A stretch of DNA of 64,000 nucleotides. Source: Eubacteriales bacterium (GTDB lineage Bacteria; Bacillota; Clostridia; Oscillospirales; CAG-272). Below are positions 1 to 8,375 of this stretch, piece by piece. Both the position numbers and the translations under genes were made by a program. The notes beneath the pieces were generated by a model. It worked only from the letters and a program-made list of their open reading frames with translations. It had not been told where the DNA came from and made no database searches. The stretch's first letter is position 1, and the number at the start of each line of letters is the position of its first letter. The DNA lies in contig JAZTXO010000077.1 of assembly GCA_045636445.1 (NCBI GenBank), positions 2,410 to 66,409 of the forward strand, in the 5' to 3' direction.

Positions 1-790
1 CACGGTTAGGGTCAATCTCAAAGGTACGGCAGCCAAAGCGAGTGCTTACGGTGTCCTGAACAGCTCCGTCTTTAACAAGCTCTGCCTTAAGAGTATAAAG
101 ATAGGGGTCACGGCGTCCGTCCCAAAGGTGAACGCCCTCAATTTTAAGGTTTGCCTTATTGTAGGTGTTTTCGTCAGATACGACCTCTTTGCCCTCGGCA
201 TCAAGAACGGTGTACTTTACAGACGCACCCTCTGCATTATGCCATACGTTAACCTCAACGTCGGCATCAGAGCCGGAAACCGAAGGAGTTACAGTAACGC
301 CCTCGCCGCCGAAGTAGTCAAGGTCGAAGTGATTTTTATTAACGCAAACGATGTTCACGTCACGGTAAAGACCGCCGTAGAAGGTAAAGTCAGCCATCTG
401 GGGATAAACTGTCTCGTTTGCAGTGTTGTCAACAGAAATGAGGATTACGTTGTCCTCCGCTTTTGTAAGAGAATCGGTTATATTCACTCTGTAAGTAGAA
501 TATCCGCCGTGATGTACAGCGAGCTTCTGGCCGTTGACGTAAACCTCGGATGAGGAGTTTGCTCCTCTGATTTCAAGATAATAAACAGAGTCCTCGGGAA
601 GAGAGGAAAGCGAAACAGTCTTTCCGTAATAGCAAGTGCCGCGATAATAGTCGTTTCCACCGTCCTGGCCGTCTATGGCATTCCAGGAATGAGGAAGGTC
701 AACGCTCTCGCCAAGAGGAATTTTTGCAAAATTTTCCACCGTTTCTTTAGTAAAGGTCCAACCTTTATTAATATTAACGATTCTTCTCAT
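1..790 (-). CDS. Glycoside hydrolase family 2 (beta-galactosidase/beta-glucuronidase-like), N-terminal ~263 codons; the 3' part lies beyond the window start
   Basis: My own reverse translation from the ATG at 788-790 (AAGGAAG 6 nt upstream) gives MRRIVNINKGWTFTKE..VDLPHSWNAIDGQDGGNDYYRGTCYY..EVYVNGQKLAVHHGGYSTYRVNIT..DFTFYGGLYRDVNIV. This is the typical GH2 N-terminal sugar-binding pattern. The frame stays open to position 1, which is why it is missing from the ORF track. Confidence 0.8.
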   Translation of the reverse strand, partial: MRRIVNINKGWTFTKETVENFAKIPLGESVDLPHSWNAIDGQDGGNDYYRGTCYYGKTVSLSSLPEDSVYYLEIRGANSSSEVYVNGQKLAVHHGGYSTYRVNITDSLTKAEDNVILISVDNTANETVYPQMADFTFYGGLYRDVNIVCVNKNHFDLDYFGGEGVTVTPSVSGSDADVEVNVWHNAEGASVKYTVLDAEGKEVVSDENTYNKANLKIEGVHLWDGRRDPYLYTLKAELVKDGAVQDTVSTRFGCRTFEIDPNR

Positions 791-1010
791 AAAATACTTC
801 CTTTTCAAAAAATGGTATAGATTAACATTATAATTATATATTATTTTAGCTCTTGCGTCAACATATAATTTATTAAATCTTTAAAAATATTAGGGATATT
901 CCGCAAAAAAATATAATTTTCGGTTTATTATTCCCCGAAAGCGGCAATAATAAGGCTATCCGATGGCAAAAAACGACTTCCATTGGAGAAAAAACAAAAA
1001 GGATTAAAAA

Positions 1011-2423
1011 ATGGACTCCAAAACACTAAAACCCGCGCGTCCCTTCGGAATCAGGGACAAGTTAGGTTATCTTCTGGGCGACTTCGGCAACGACTTCACC
1101 TTCATTTTATCCTCCAGCTTTCTTTTGAAGTTTTACACCGACGTTATGCGTGTTGACGCAGGTATAGTCGGTCTTGTAATGATGCTTGCAAGATTTGCCG
1201 ACGCATTTACAGACGTTACTATGGGACGCATCTGCGACAGGTCGAAAACCACGAAAAACGGCAAGTTCCGACCTTGGATTTTACGAATGTCAGGCCCGGT
1301 CGCCATAGCGTCATTCCTCATTTACCAATCTTCTCTCAGGGATATGCCCCTAGGCTTTAAGGTTGGGTGGCTCACCTTGACCTACATTCTCTGGGGCTCG
1401 ATATTTTACACTTCAATAAATATTCCCTACGGCTCTATGGCATCGGCAATTTCCCCCGAACCCGACGACCGTCAATCGCTTTCAACCTTCCGTTCGCTTG
1501 GAAGCACCCTTGCGGGAGTTGTTATCGGCGCTGGAGTGCCGCTTTTGGCGTATGACACGAAAATTATCGGCACGGAGAAGATTGCAGAGCTGAACGGTGA
1601 CAAATTCACGCTGATTTCCGGAATTTTCTCTATTCTTGCGGTTCTTTCCTATCTTGCCTGCTACTATCTGACAAGAGAAAGAGTGGAAAGCGCTCCCGCG
1701 CCGAAAAAAGAGGACTACGGAGCTGTAAAGCTTATTACTTCGGCTGTTAAAAACCGCGCTATTATATCTATTATCGGAGCGTCTGTCATAATGCTGCTTT
1801 CACAGTTTACCCTGCAACAGATGGCAAACTACGTATATCCCGATTATTACGCAAACACCGCCGCCCAATCGGCTTCCACCGTTGCAATGCTCTTCGGTAT
1901 GGTGGTTGCGGCAGCAGGAGCAAAGCCTTTGGCTTCAAGATTCGGAAAGGCAGAGGTCAGCGCCGTAAGCAGTCTTGTTGCGGGAATCGTTTGTCTGCTT
2001 CTCTTCTTTATAAGGCCTGAAAACGTCTGGGTTTACGTAGGATTTAACCTTTTTGCCTGGCTTGGTCTCGGAGTATTTTCTATGGTTTCTTGGGCGCTTA
2101 TTACAGACGTTATCGACTACTCCGAAATCAAAAACGGCTACCGCGAGGACGGCTCAATCTATGCTTTGTATTCCTTTGCAAGAAAGATTGGTCAAGCCGC
2201 AGCCGCAGGTACGACGGGACTTTTCCTCTCGATTATCGGCTACAACCGAGTTGAGGGCGGTCTGCTTCCAAGCTCGGTAAAGGCAGGAATTTTCAACCTT
2301 TCGACTATAATTCCCGCCATAGGATTTTTCATTCTTGCCGCTATTCTTTGGTTCTGGTATCCCTTGAACAAGAAAACGGTTAACAAAAACGTGGAAATTT
2401 TAAGACAAAAACGCCAAGGATAG
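1011..2423 (+). CDS. GPH/MFS-type sugar:cation symporter (MelB/XynP/UidB-like)
   Basis: 470-aa polytopic ORF. FGIRDKLGYLLGDFGNDFTF and PYGSMASAISPEPDDRQSLSTFR match the glycoside-pentoside-hexuronide family pattern. It is divergent from the GH2 gene. Confidence 0.8.
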   Translation: MDSKTLKPARPFGIRDKLGYLLGDFGNDFTFILSSSFLLKFYTDVMRVDAGIVGLVMMLARFADAFTDVTMGRICDRSKTTKNGKFRPWILRMSGPVAIASFLIYQSSLRDMPLGFKVGWLTLTYILWGSIFYTSINIPYGSMASAISPEPDDRQSLSTFRSLGSTLAGVVIGAGVPLLAYDTKIIGTEKIAELNGDKFTLISGIFSILAVLSYLACYYLTRERVESAPAPKKEDYGAVKLITSAVKNRAIISIIGASVIMLLSQFTLQQMANYVYPDYYANTAAQSASTVAMLFGMVVAAAGAKPLASRFGKAEVSAVSSLVAGIVCLLLFFIRPENVWVYVGFNLFAWLGLGVFSMVSWALITDVIDYSEIKNGYREDGSIYALYSFARKIGQAAAAGTTGLFLSIIGYNRVEGGLLPSSVKAGIFNLSTIIPAIGFFILAAILWFWYPLNKKTVNKNVEILRQKRQG

Positions 2424-2535
2424 ACCGCCTCCTTTTGCGAAAGGGAGGTGGCACAGCTTGCTGTGACGGAGGGATTGAAAATTTAGGCTTTTGAGAGAGT
2501 TTGGATTATTCTCTTGCCTAGACAAGAGTAAAAAC

Positions 2536-2582
2536 AAAAACCAAGCGAATTTTCCCTATGTTTTCGGGACACGCTTGGTTTT
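2536..2582 (-). terminator. 46-bp hairpin module, copy 1 (AAACCAAGCG-N24-CGCTTGGTTT plus a T run); probable terminator of the XRE gene
   Basis: A 10-bp inverted repeat abuts the stop codon (2581-2583) and is flanked by A/T runs on both sides. A near-identical copy lies at 3529-3575. Confidence 0.6.
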
Positions 2583-2823
2583 ATTTTATTTCCTGTTCAA
2601 TATCATCGAATATCGGGCTATCAAAAAATTCTCTTATGGTTATATCAAGTCCGTCACACAATTTTTTAATTGATACAACTCCGGGATTTTGGCTTTTCTC
2701 ATTCAACATACTGTAAACCGTTGAAGGTGAAACTCCCGAATTGTTTGCAAGGGCATTCGTGGCTATGTTTCTTTCATTGCACAGCTCGATTATTCGCTTC
2801 GCAACAGCTTCTTTTGTATTCAT
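2581..2823 (-). CDS. XRE-family helix-turn-helix transcriptional regulator
   Basis: 80 aa. RIIELCNERNIATNALANNSGVSPSTVYSMLNEKSQNPGVVSIKKLCDGL is the canonical HTH_3/Cro-C1 pattern. Confidence 0.85.
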   Translation of the reverse strand: MNTKEAVAKRIIELCNERNIATNALANNSGVSPSTVYSMLNEKSQNPGVVSIKKLCDGLDITIREFFDSPIFDDIEQEIK

Positions 2824-2868
2824 AGCGCCCCTCCTTTGTTTTTATACCATAATTTTAACCAAATTTAC

Positions 2869-2928
2869 GATATATCATGTGGGATATATCGCATTTTTAA
2901 GAAAAATGTGTTATAATTACGATATATC
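2869..2928. promoter_or_regulatory. Divergent promoter region with three copies of the palindrome GATATATC (2869-2876, 2883-2890, 2921-2928); candidate XRE operator
   Basis: TGGGATATATCG (2881-2892) and CGATATATCCCA (2920-2931) form a 12-bp inverted repeat. It brackets an extended -10, TGtTATAAT (2909-2917), that faces the DUF1273 gene. Confidence 0.5.
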
Positions 2929-2951
2929 CCACAAAAAAGGAGCTAAAAATT

Positions 2952-3389
2952 ATGATTTGTACATTTTTCGGACACAGAGATACGCCGGATAGCATAAAAA
3001 ATTCCTTAAAAGATGCTATATTAAATCTGTCAAGCACACAGGGAGTAAAAACATTTTATGTTGGTAATAACGGCAATTTCGATTATATTGTTCAAAGCGT
3101 TTTAAAGGAAATTTCGGATAACGATACAAGTATCAACTACCTGATTGTTTTATCAAATCTTTGCGAAAAAGTTGATTGCAATCAAATTCGTAACACTATA
3201 TTCCCCGAAGAACTAGACAGTGTTCCGCCACGGTTTGCAATAAGTAAAAGAAACGAGTGGCTTATAAAAAATTCGGACTTTACAATTGTATATTTAAGAA
3301 ACACCGTAACAAACACATACAAATGGGTAGAAAAGTCAAAAAGAAAAGGGCTCAAAGTAATTAATTTATTTAGCCGCAAGATAATCTAA
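2952..3389 (+). CDS. SLOG-superfamily protein, DUF1273/YpsA-like
   Basis: 145 aa. It has the N-terminal FFGHRD motif, then YVGNNGNFDYIVQSVL, then RNEWLIKNSDFTIVY. This layout is typical of DUF1273. Confidence 0.7.
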   Translation: MICTFFGHRDTPDSIKNSLKDAILNLSSTQGVKTFYVGNNGNFDYIVQSVLKEISDNDTSINYLIVLSNLCEKVDCNQIRNTIFPEELDSVPPRFAISKRNEWLIKNSDFTIVYLRNTVTNTYKWVEKSKRKGLKVINLFSRKII

Positions 3390-3528
3390 CTCATAAGGTT
3401 TTGAAAGATATATTTCTCCCTATTCGTCACCGAAATTTTCTTAAATATCCACATATTTCTCAAAAAATTTGGTTTGTCTATGAAAAAATCTATTCTTTCA
3501 AAACTGCTTCGCATCTTACGGCTAAACA

Positions 3529-3575
3529 AAAAACCAAGCGTATTTTCCCTATGTTTTCGGGACACGCTTGGTTTC
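3529..3575 (-). terminator. 46-bp hairpin module, copy 2; probable terminator of the zinc-ribbon membrane protein gene
   Basis: AAAAACCAAGCGtATTTTCCCTATGTTTTCGGGACACGCTTGGTTT differs from copy 1 by about 1 nt. It starts 4 nt after the stop codon at 3579-3581. Confidence 0.6.
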
Positions 3576-3578
3576 GTT

Positions 3579-3986
3579 TTATCTTATTTTTACCTCAAAC
3601 CGCCTTGCGCATCTTGGGCAAACGGCGGTGTGCTTACCCTTTTGCCTTGGGAGACGAAGGGTGCTTTTGCAGGCGGGGCAATTTCTGTAAACGTGGGTTT
3701 TACGGTCTCGGCGTTTGCTTTTTTGCAGAGCAAAATACGCCTTTGGCTTTTGCATAATTTTAAGGAATTTTTCGTTTTCAGCGCGTCTTTTGTAAATATT
3801 TCTTGACAAAATGCGGAAAAACATCCAAATTACAAGAGCCGTTTCCACAAGCGCTAAGGCAAAACTATAAACGAAAAGATTAACTACGTACAGAACCAAG
3901 TACACAACAAGAAGAAACTTGTTCAAGCTGTCTGCGCCGTATCTTCCCTGCATAAACCTATATAGTCTTTCTCTTAAATATCTCAT
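3579..3986 (-). CDS. Small membrane protein with C-terminal zinc-ribbon (CPAC..CPRC), conserved hypothetical
   Basis: 135 aa. It has the N-terminal FMQGRYGADSLNKFLL motif, two hydrophobic helices and a C-terminal CxxC-x14-CxxC. The overlapping plus-strand ORFs look spurious. Confidence 0.6.
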   Translation of the reverse strand: MRYLRERLYRFMQGRYGADSLNKFLLVVYLVLYVVNLFVYSFALALVETALVIWMFFRILSRNIYKRRAENEKFLKIMQKPKAYFALQKSKRRDRKTHVYRNCPACKSTLRLPRQKGKHTAVCPRCARRFEVKIR

Positions 3987-4218
3987 TTTTCTGCCTTTCG
4001 TTTTTCTTTTTCCGCATAAAGTTTACCACCGAAATTATGCCTTGTCAATAGAAAAATATTCTTGTTTACAAATAAATATGAAAGTATTTACAATTTGAGT
4101 AGCCGTAAGATAATTAACCAAACTCGCTCTAAAGCGTAAATTTTCATCGCTTTCGGCACTTATCGCACTTGCCAAGCGTAGACACCGACACAAAGTCCCG
4201 AAATTTCTCCGAAAATAT

Positions 4219-4257
4219 AAAAGGCAGAGGAACGTTTTCAGAGCCTCTGCCTTTTTT
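4219..4257 (-). terminator. Bidirectional rho-independent terminator downstream of the 611-aa lipoprotein gene
   Basis: GGCAGAGG-N13-CCTCTGCC has AAAA on one side and TTTTTT on the other. Confidence 0.5.
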
Positions 4258-4323
4258 CGTTTGTATGCCCGAGTCGGGCAGTGTTTTTTCTTTAAGCCGT
4301 CTTGGAATAAGCGGCTTTATTTA

Positions 4324-6159
4324 TTATTCAAAAACGGTAGTTCCTACGTTTATAAAGCTGCAAGTCATATCAATAGTTCTGGTAATCTCAAAGTCGCTAT
4401 CAACAAAAACAGCGCTGCCCTGAACAACAACGGTGGAAGGCACTCCGTCAACGAATACGATAGTAACGTCGCAGGGAACGCCCCAGAAATCAATCTTATC
4501 CGCAAGAGTGTACCACTGGTTTTCGGCGTCGTAAACAAGGTCGTCAAAGGTTATATATTCACCGTTGAATTTAAGCATATCACCCAATGCGACAAGGGGG
4601 TTATCACATTCCGCAAGAGATTGGGGATTGTCGCTGGGAGCTTCGTACCAAACGCCCTCAACAAGCACCCAAATCCAGCCGTTGCCCTCAAAGTCGCCCT
4701 TGAATTTTCCTTCCTCGGTCTGCATTTCAATGGTTGAAAGGTCGATTAAATACTCGTTTCCGTCGCTGTAAACGCCTCTCTCTGTACCCTCTATTACTAT
4801 GGTGTAGTTATACATATCGTTAAGAGCGTACAACTGTTCCTCGGTTATGTCAGCTTTTTCTATGATAACGAAGTCGGGCACGCTGATTTCGGTTGAACCG
4901 ACGTCCTCAAAGGTCATTGTAACCGTCGACTTTGAATCGTAATCTTCACCGTAGCTTTCCATATAAAGAATGATTTCCGAAACAACTCCGTCCTCGGCGC
5001 GAACGACTAACTTTTTAGTTTCAGCGTCGCTTACGCTTTCGTAGTAGTAAACGCCCTCTTCTTCATCGTATATGAAGCTGCTTAAATCCTCGGGGTACGA
5101 GAATGCGGAGTCTTCCTCTTCTTCGATATAAAGCTCTGCGCAATAATTTCCGTTCTCGTCCTCGGAAATCTTATAGGTCTTGCCGTCAAGAAGCACGTAA
5201 AGGTTTGTTTCATCCAATATGGGATTGTATTCCATTTTTGCGTCGGATGTGAATTTCATCCAGCCTTCCGCTTTGATGTTATAGTCATCTATATTAGGAA
5301 CAATTACGGTTATGTCATACTTCATATTGGCGGTGAAATTCTCCATTCCCATAAAGGCTGCCCATTCTTCCTCGGTAAGAGTTGCTCTGGGTCTGTCCTG
5401 ATATTCGGGAAGGGTGATTTCGGTTTGGTTGATATCCGAAAAACTTACGGTATAGTCAACCTCATAGTAGGTATATCCGCCCTCGTTTACTTCGGTTCTG
5501 CCGCTATACTCTATTTTTGTGGGTTTGCCGTCCTCAAAGTAGATGTAATAATTTGCGGGAATACCCATCATATTGGTCGGGTCGTTACCCTTGTATGCCT
5601 TTTTAGCTTCGTCATAGGTAAGCGAATCGTAGCCGTCGCTGACGCTTTCGAGAAGCTGACGCAGACTTCCGCCAAATCCGCCGGACTCCTTCTTGTAATA
5701 AAGGTCGCCTTTCTTTTCAAGCTCGTACCATACTCCGTCCTCACGCACCATATAGGTTTCGATTCCGCCGTTCTGTTGCATTGCGGAGTTTTCGGTTATT
5801 TTAAGAGTAAAGCTGTTTTCCTGAGTGCTTAACGCTCCGTCATCGTCGCCTCTTTCAACTACGCCTTCCATAGAGTAGGTAAAGTTGAAAATATTTCCGT
5901 AGGAGTTCCATTCTTCCTCGGTAACGGTAGTTCTTACCGAAGGAGTTTCCGTAACGCCGTCCTTGTCGTCGCCATCGCCGTCGGGTTCGCCGCTATCCTG
6001 GTTTTTGTCACCGTCCTGGGAGTCGCTGTAATCGACTGACGAGTCATTATCCTTATCCGAAGAATCGTTTCCCACAATTATGCCGTCGCAGGATGAAAAG
6101 ACGATAGTAACAGCAATCGACATAAAAGCTGCGATTAAAAGTGATATAAATTTTTTCAT
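4324..6159 (-). CDS. Lipoprotein of unknown function with three internal ~170-aa repeats
   Basis: The signal peptide ends in the lipobox VFSSC and is followed by an acidic D/S/G linker. Three modules each open with T(V/L/I)TEE(E/Q)(W/L) and an aromatic NFT/NYT motif (TVTEEEWNSYGNIFNFTY, TLTEEEWAAFMGMENFTA, DITEEQLYALNDMYNYTI). Confidence 0.7.
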   Translation of the reverse strand: MKKFISLLIAAFMSIAVTIVFSSCDGIIVGNDSSDKDNDSSVDYSDSQDGDKNQDSGEPDGDGDDKDGVTETPSVRTTVTEEEWNSYGNIFNFTYSMEGVVERGDDDGALSTQENSFTLKITENSAMQQNGGIETYMVREDGVWYELEKKGDLYYKKESGGFGGSLRQLLESVSDGYDSLTYDEAKKAYKGNDPTNMMGIPANYYIYFEDGKPTKIEYSGRTEVNEGGYTYYEVDYTVSFSDINQTEITLPEYQDRPRATLTEEEWAAFMGMENFTANMKYDITVIVPNIDDYNIKAEGWMKFTSDAKMEYNPILDETNLYVLLDGKTYKISEDENGNYCAELYIEEEEDSAFSYPEDLSSFIYDEEEGVYYYESVSDAETKKLVVRAEDGVVSEIILYMESYGEDYDSKSTVTMTFEDVGSTEISVPDFVIIEKADITEEQLYALNDMYNYTIVIEGTERGVYSDGNEYLIDLSTIEMQTEEGKFKGDFEGNGWIWVLVEGVWYEAPSDNPQSLAECDNPLVALGDMLKFNGEYITFDDLVYDAENQWYTLADKIDFWGVPCDVTIVFVDGVPSTVVVQGSAVFVDSDFEITRTIDMTCSFINVGTTVFE

Positions 6160-6216
6160 AAGTCTGCTCCTTTTTTGTCTTTTGGAAATAGCAATTCGAT
6201 TTTAGGAATTTTAAAA

Positions 6217-6549
6217 TTATTCCACGATTATTATTTTAATTTCTTTGCCCCGTTTGCGGAAGAAATTTATGGTATGCTCTGTGCCTTTGGATTTTCCGTC
6301 CCAAAAGGCAATTCCGAAATCGGCATAGTCGGCAATCTCGGCATTTCGTCTGACGGGGGCGGCTCTTCCGAAGGAATTGTAGTCGGGGAGAAATTCGGTG
6401 AGAGTCAGCCCTTTTCTTCTTGCGTATTCCGCAGCCAGACTGTCAATTCCTCTCGCTCCGCCCGAGACTATTTCGGTCACTCCCTCGGGAATATATTCAT
6501 CAATTGCGATTTTGGTAATGTTTCGCGAACCTACAACAGCAAGTTTCAT
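6217..6549 (-). CDS. SLOG-superfamily protein, DUF2493/DprA-like Rossmann domain
   Basis: 110 aa. KLAVVGSRN..IVSGGARGIDSLAAEYA..AAPVRRN..IADYADFGIAFWDG is the GGxxGxD nucleotide-binding SLOG pattern. Confidence 0.7.
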   Translation of the reverse strand: MKLAVVGSRNITKIAIDEYIPEGVTEIVSGGARGIDSLAAEYARRKGLTLTEFLPDYNSFGRAAPVRRNAEIADYADFGIAFWDGKSKGTEHTINFFRKRGKEIKIIIVE

Positions 6550-6563
6550 TTCTGTCGCCCGCC

Positions 6564-8219
6564 TTAATTTTCCTTTAGGAAATACACCCTTGTTTCATAG
6601 GGCTTTAGAATTTTTTCGTCTCTTTCCTTATAGTTTGAAAGGAGAAGCTCGGCTTTCGATATATCAAAGCCGCGGGGGATTTTTATTTTCGTTTTTTCTT
6701 CGGTAAACGAGCAGATTACAAGGAGCTTTTCGCCCTCGTGTTCTCTTGTGTAAACGTAGAGCTTTTTGCTTCGGTGGAAATACTCCTTATATTTGCCGTA
6801 TCTTACTGCCTTTTGGCTCTTGCGAAGAGCTATTGCAAGGCGGTAGAAGTTAAGAAGCGAGTCGGGGTCGCCCTCTTCCCTCTCGACGTTTATTTCCTTA
6901 TAATTTTCGTTTACGGGAAGCCAGGGTGTGCCGGTGGTGAAGCCTGCATTTTCCTCTGCCGACCACTGTACGGGTGTGCGAGCGGAATCTCTGGAGCATC
7001 GCCAAAGCCGCTTCAATCTTTCCTCGGGGGATTTTTTCAATGCCGTGTGGCGATAGTTATACACCGTTTGCACGTCCTCGTAAAGCTCGGGACTTTCGGG
7101 ACGCCAGTTGAGCATACCTATCTCCTGGCCTTGATAGAGGAATGGCGTTCCCTGCTGGAAAAGATAGGCTGCGGCAATGCTCTTTCCGCTTTCGGTGCGG
7201 TATTTTTCGCTGCCGTAGCGTGAAATAATTCTGGGATGGTCGTGGTTTTCGATATAAAGCATATTCCAGGCCTTGCCGTAAAGCTTATACTGCCAATCGG
7301 AGAATGCCTTTTTCATTTTGCGAAGGCTAAACTTCGTTGGAATCCAGTCGGTGAAAAGGCAGTCGGCAGTTTCGCACTGGAACTGTATCATCATATCTAT
7401 CTGTCCCTTTTCCTCGTCGATATATTTAAGGGCTCTCTTCGGCCACACAAGGGGAGCTTCCGCAAGGGTAAAGCAGTCGTAACGGTCGAAAACGTCTCTC
7501 TTAAACTCGGACAGATATTCGTGGATATGCGGGCCGTGGTTATATTTTCTCATTCCCTTGTAAATCGGGAAAATATAGTCGTTCGGAAGTCCTTCTTCCT
7601 TTGAAATATAGGTTATAACGTCCTCTCTGAAGCCGTCAACACCCATATCGAGCCAGAAACGCAGAATTTTCTTAACCTCTTCTCTTACAAGGGGGTTATC
7701 CATATTAAGGTCGGGCTGCTTTATAGCGAAAAGGTGAAGATAATATTCGCCTCTTACCTCGTCATAAGTCCAAGCCTTGCCCTCGAAATTGGAATCCCAG
7801 TTGTTGGGAAGCTTTCCGCCCTTTTTGCCGGGACGCCAGATATAATAATCGGTATAAGGCTCTATTCTTCTGCGGCTTTTTTCAAACCATTCGTGCTCGT
7901 CGCTTGTGTGATTTACCACAAGGTCCATAAGCAGCTTCATTCCCCTCTCGTGACAGCCGTCAAGCACCTTTTTAAATGCTTCCATACCGCCAAACTCCGG
8001 GGCAATATCCATATAATCGGCTATATCGTAGCCGCAGTCTGCTCCGGGAGAGGGATAAATCGGTGAAAACCAGATTCCGTCACAGCCAAGGCTCTTTATA
8101 TAATCCAGCTTTTCAAGTACGCCATAAAGGTCGCCCATTCCGTCGCCGTCGCCGTCTTTAAAGCTTCTCGGCCAAATCTGGTAGAACACCATATCCTTAT
8201 ACCAGCGTTTTCTTTCCAT
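6564..8219 (-). CDS. GH13 alpha-glucosidase (oligo-1,6-glucosidase / trehalose-6-phosphate hydrolase type)
   Basis: 551 aa. Motifs seen: VFYQIWPRSFKDGDGDGMGDL, DGIWFSPIY, DLVVNHTSDEH, GVDGFREDVI and ENHDHPR (GH13 conserved regions I-IV). Confidence 0.9.
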   Translation of the reverse strand: MERKRWYKDMVFYQIWPRSFKDGDGDGMGDLYGVLEKLDYIKSLGCDGIWFSPIYPSPGADCGYDIADYMDIAPEFGGMEAFKKVLDGCHERGMKLLMDLVVNHTSDEHEWFEKSRRRIEPYTDYYIWRPGKKGGKLPNNWDSNFEGKAWTYDEVRGEYYLHLFAIKQPDLNMDNPLVREEVKKILRFWLDMGVDGFREDVITYISKEEGLPNDYIFPIYKGMRKYNHGPHIHEYLSEFKRDVFDRYDCFTLAEAPLVWPKRALKYIDEEKGQIDMMIQFQCETADCLFTDWIPTKFSLRKMKKAFSDWQYKLYGKAWNMLYIENHDHPRIISRYGSEKYRTESGKSIAAAYLFQQGTPFLYQGQEIGMLNWRPESPELYEDVQTVYNYRHTALKKSPEERLKRLWRCSRDSARTPVQWSAEENAGFTTGTPWLPVNENYKEINVEREEGDPDSLLNFYRLAIALRKSQKAVRYGKYKEYFHRSKKLYVYTREHEGEKLLVICSFTEEKTKIKIPRGFDISKAELLLSNYKERDEKILKPYETRVYFLKEN

Positions 8220-8375
8220 AAAAAGCCTCCTTAAAATAAAACTACATTATTATTTTATCACAAATCCCATTAAGTGTAAATCCCTATTTTAAATATTAAC
8301 TTAATTTACCAAAAAGAAAAGCCGAATCGAAGGCTGAAAAACAGACTGTCGGCTCGGCAGTTTCTTATTCAATTT

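Noticed and set aside
3401-3806. Plus-strand ORFs 3401..3757 and 3474..3806.
   Set aside because: They overlap the better-supported minus-strand zinc-ribbon membrane protein gene and run through the 46-bp terminator repeat.
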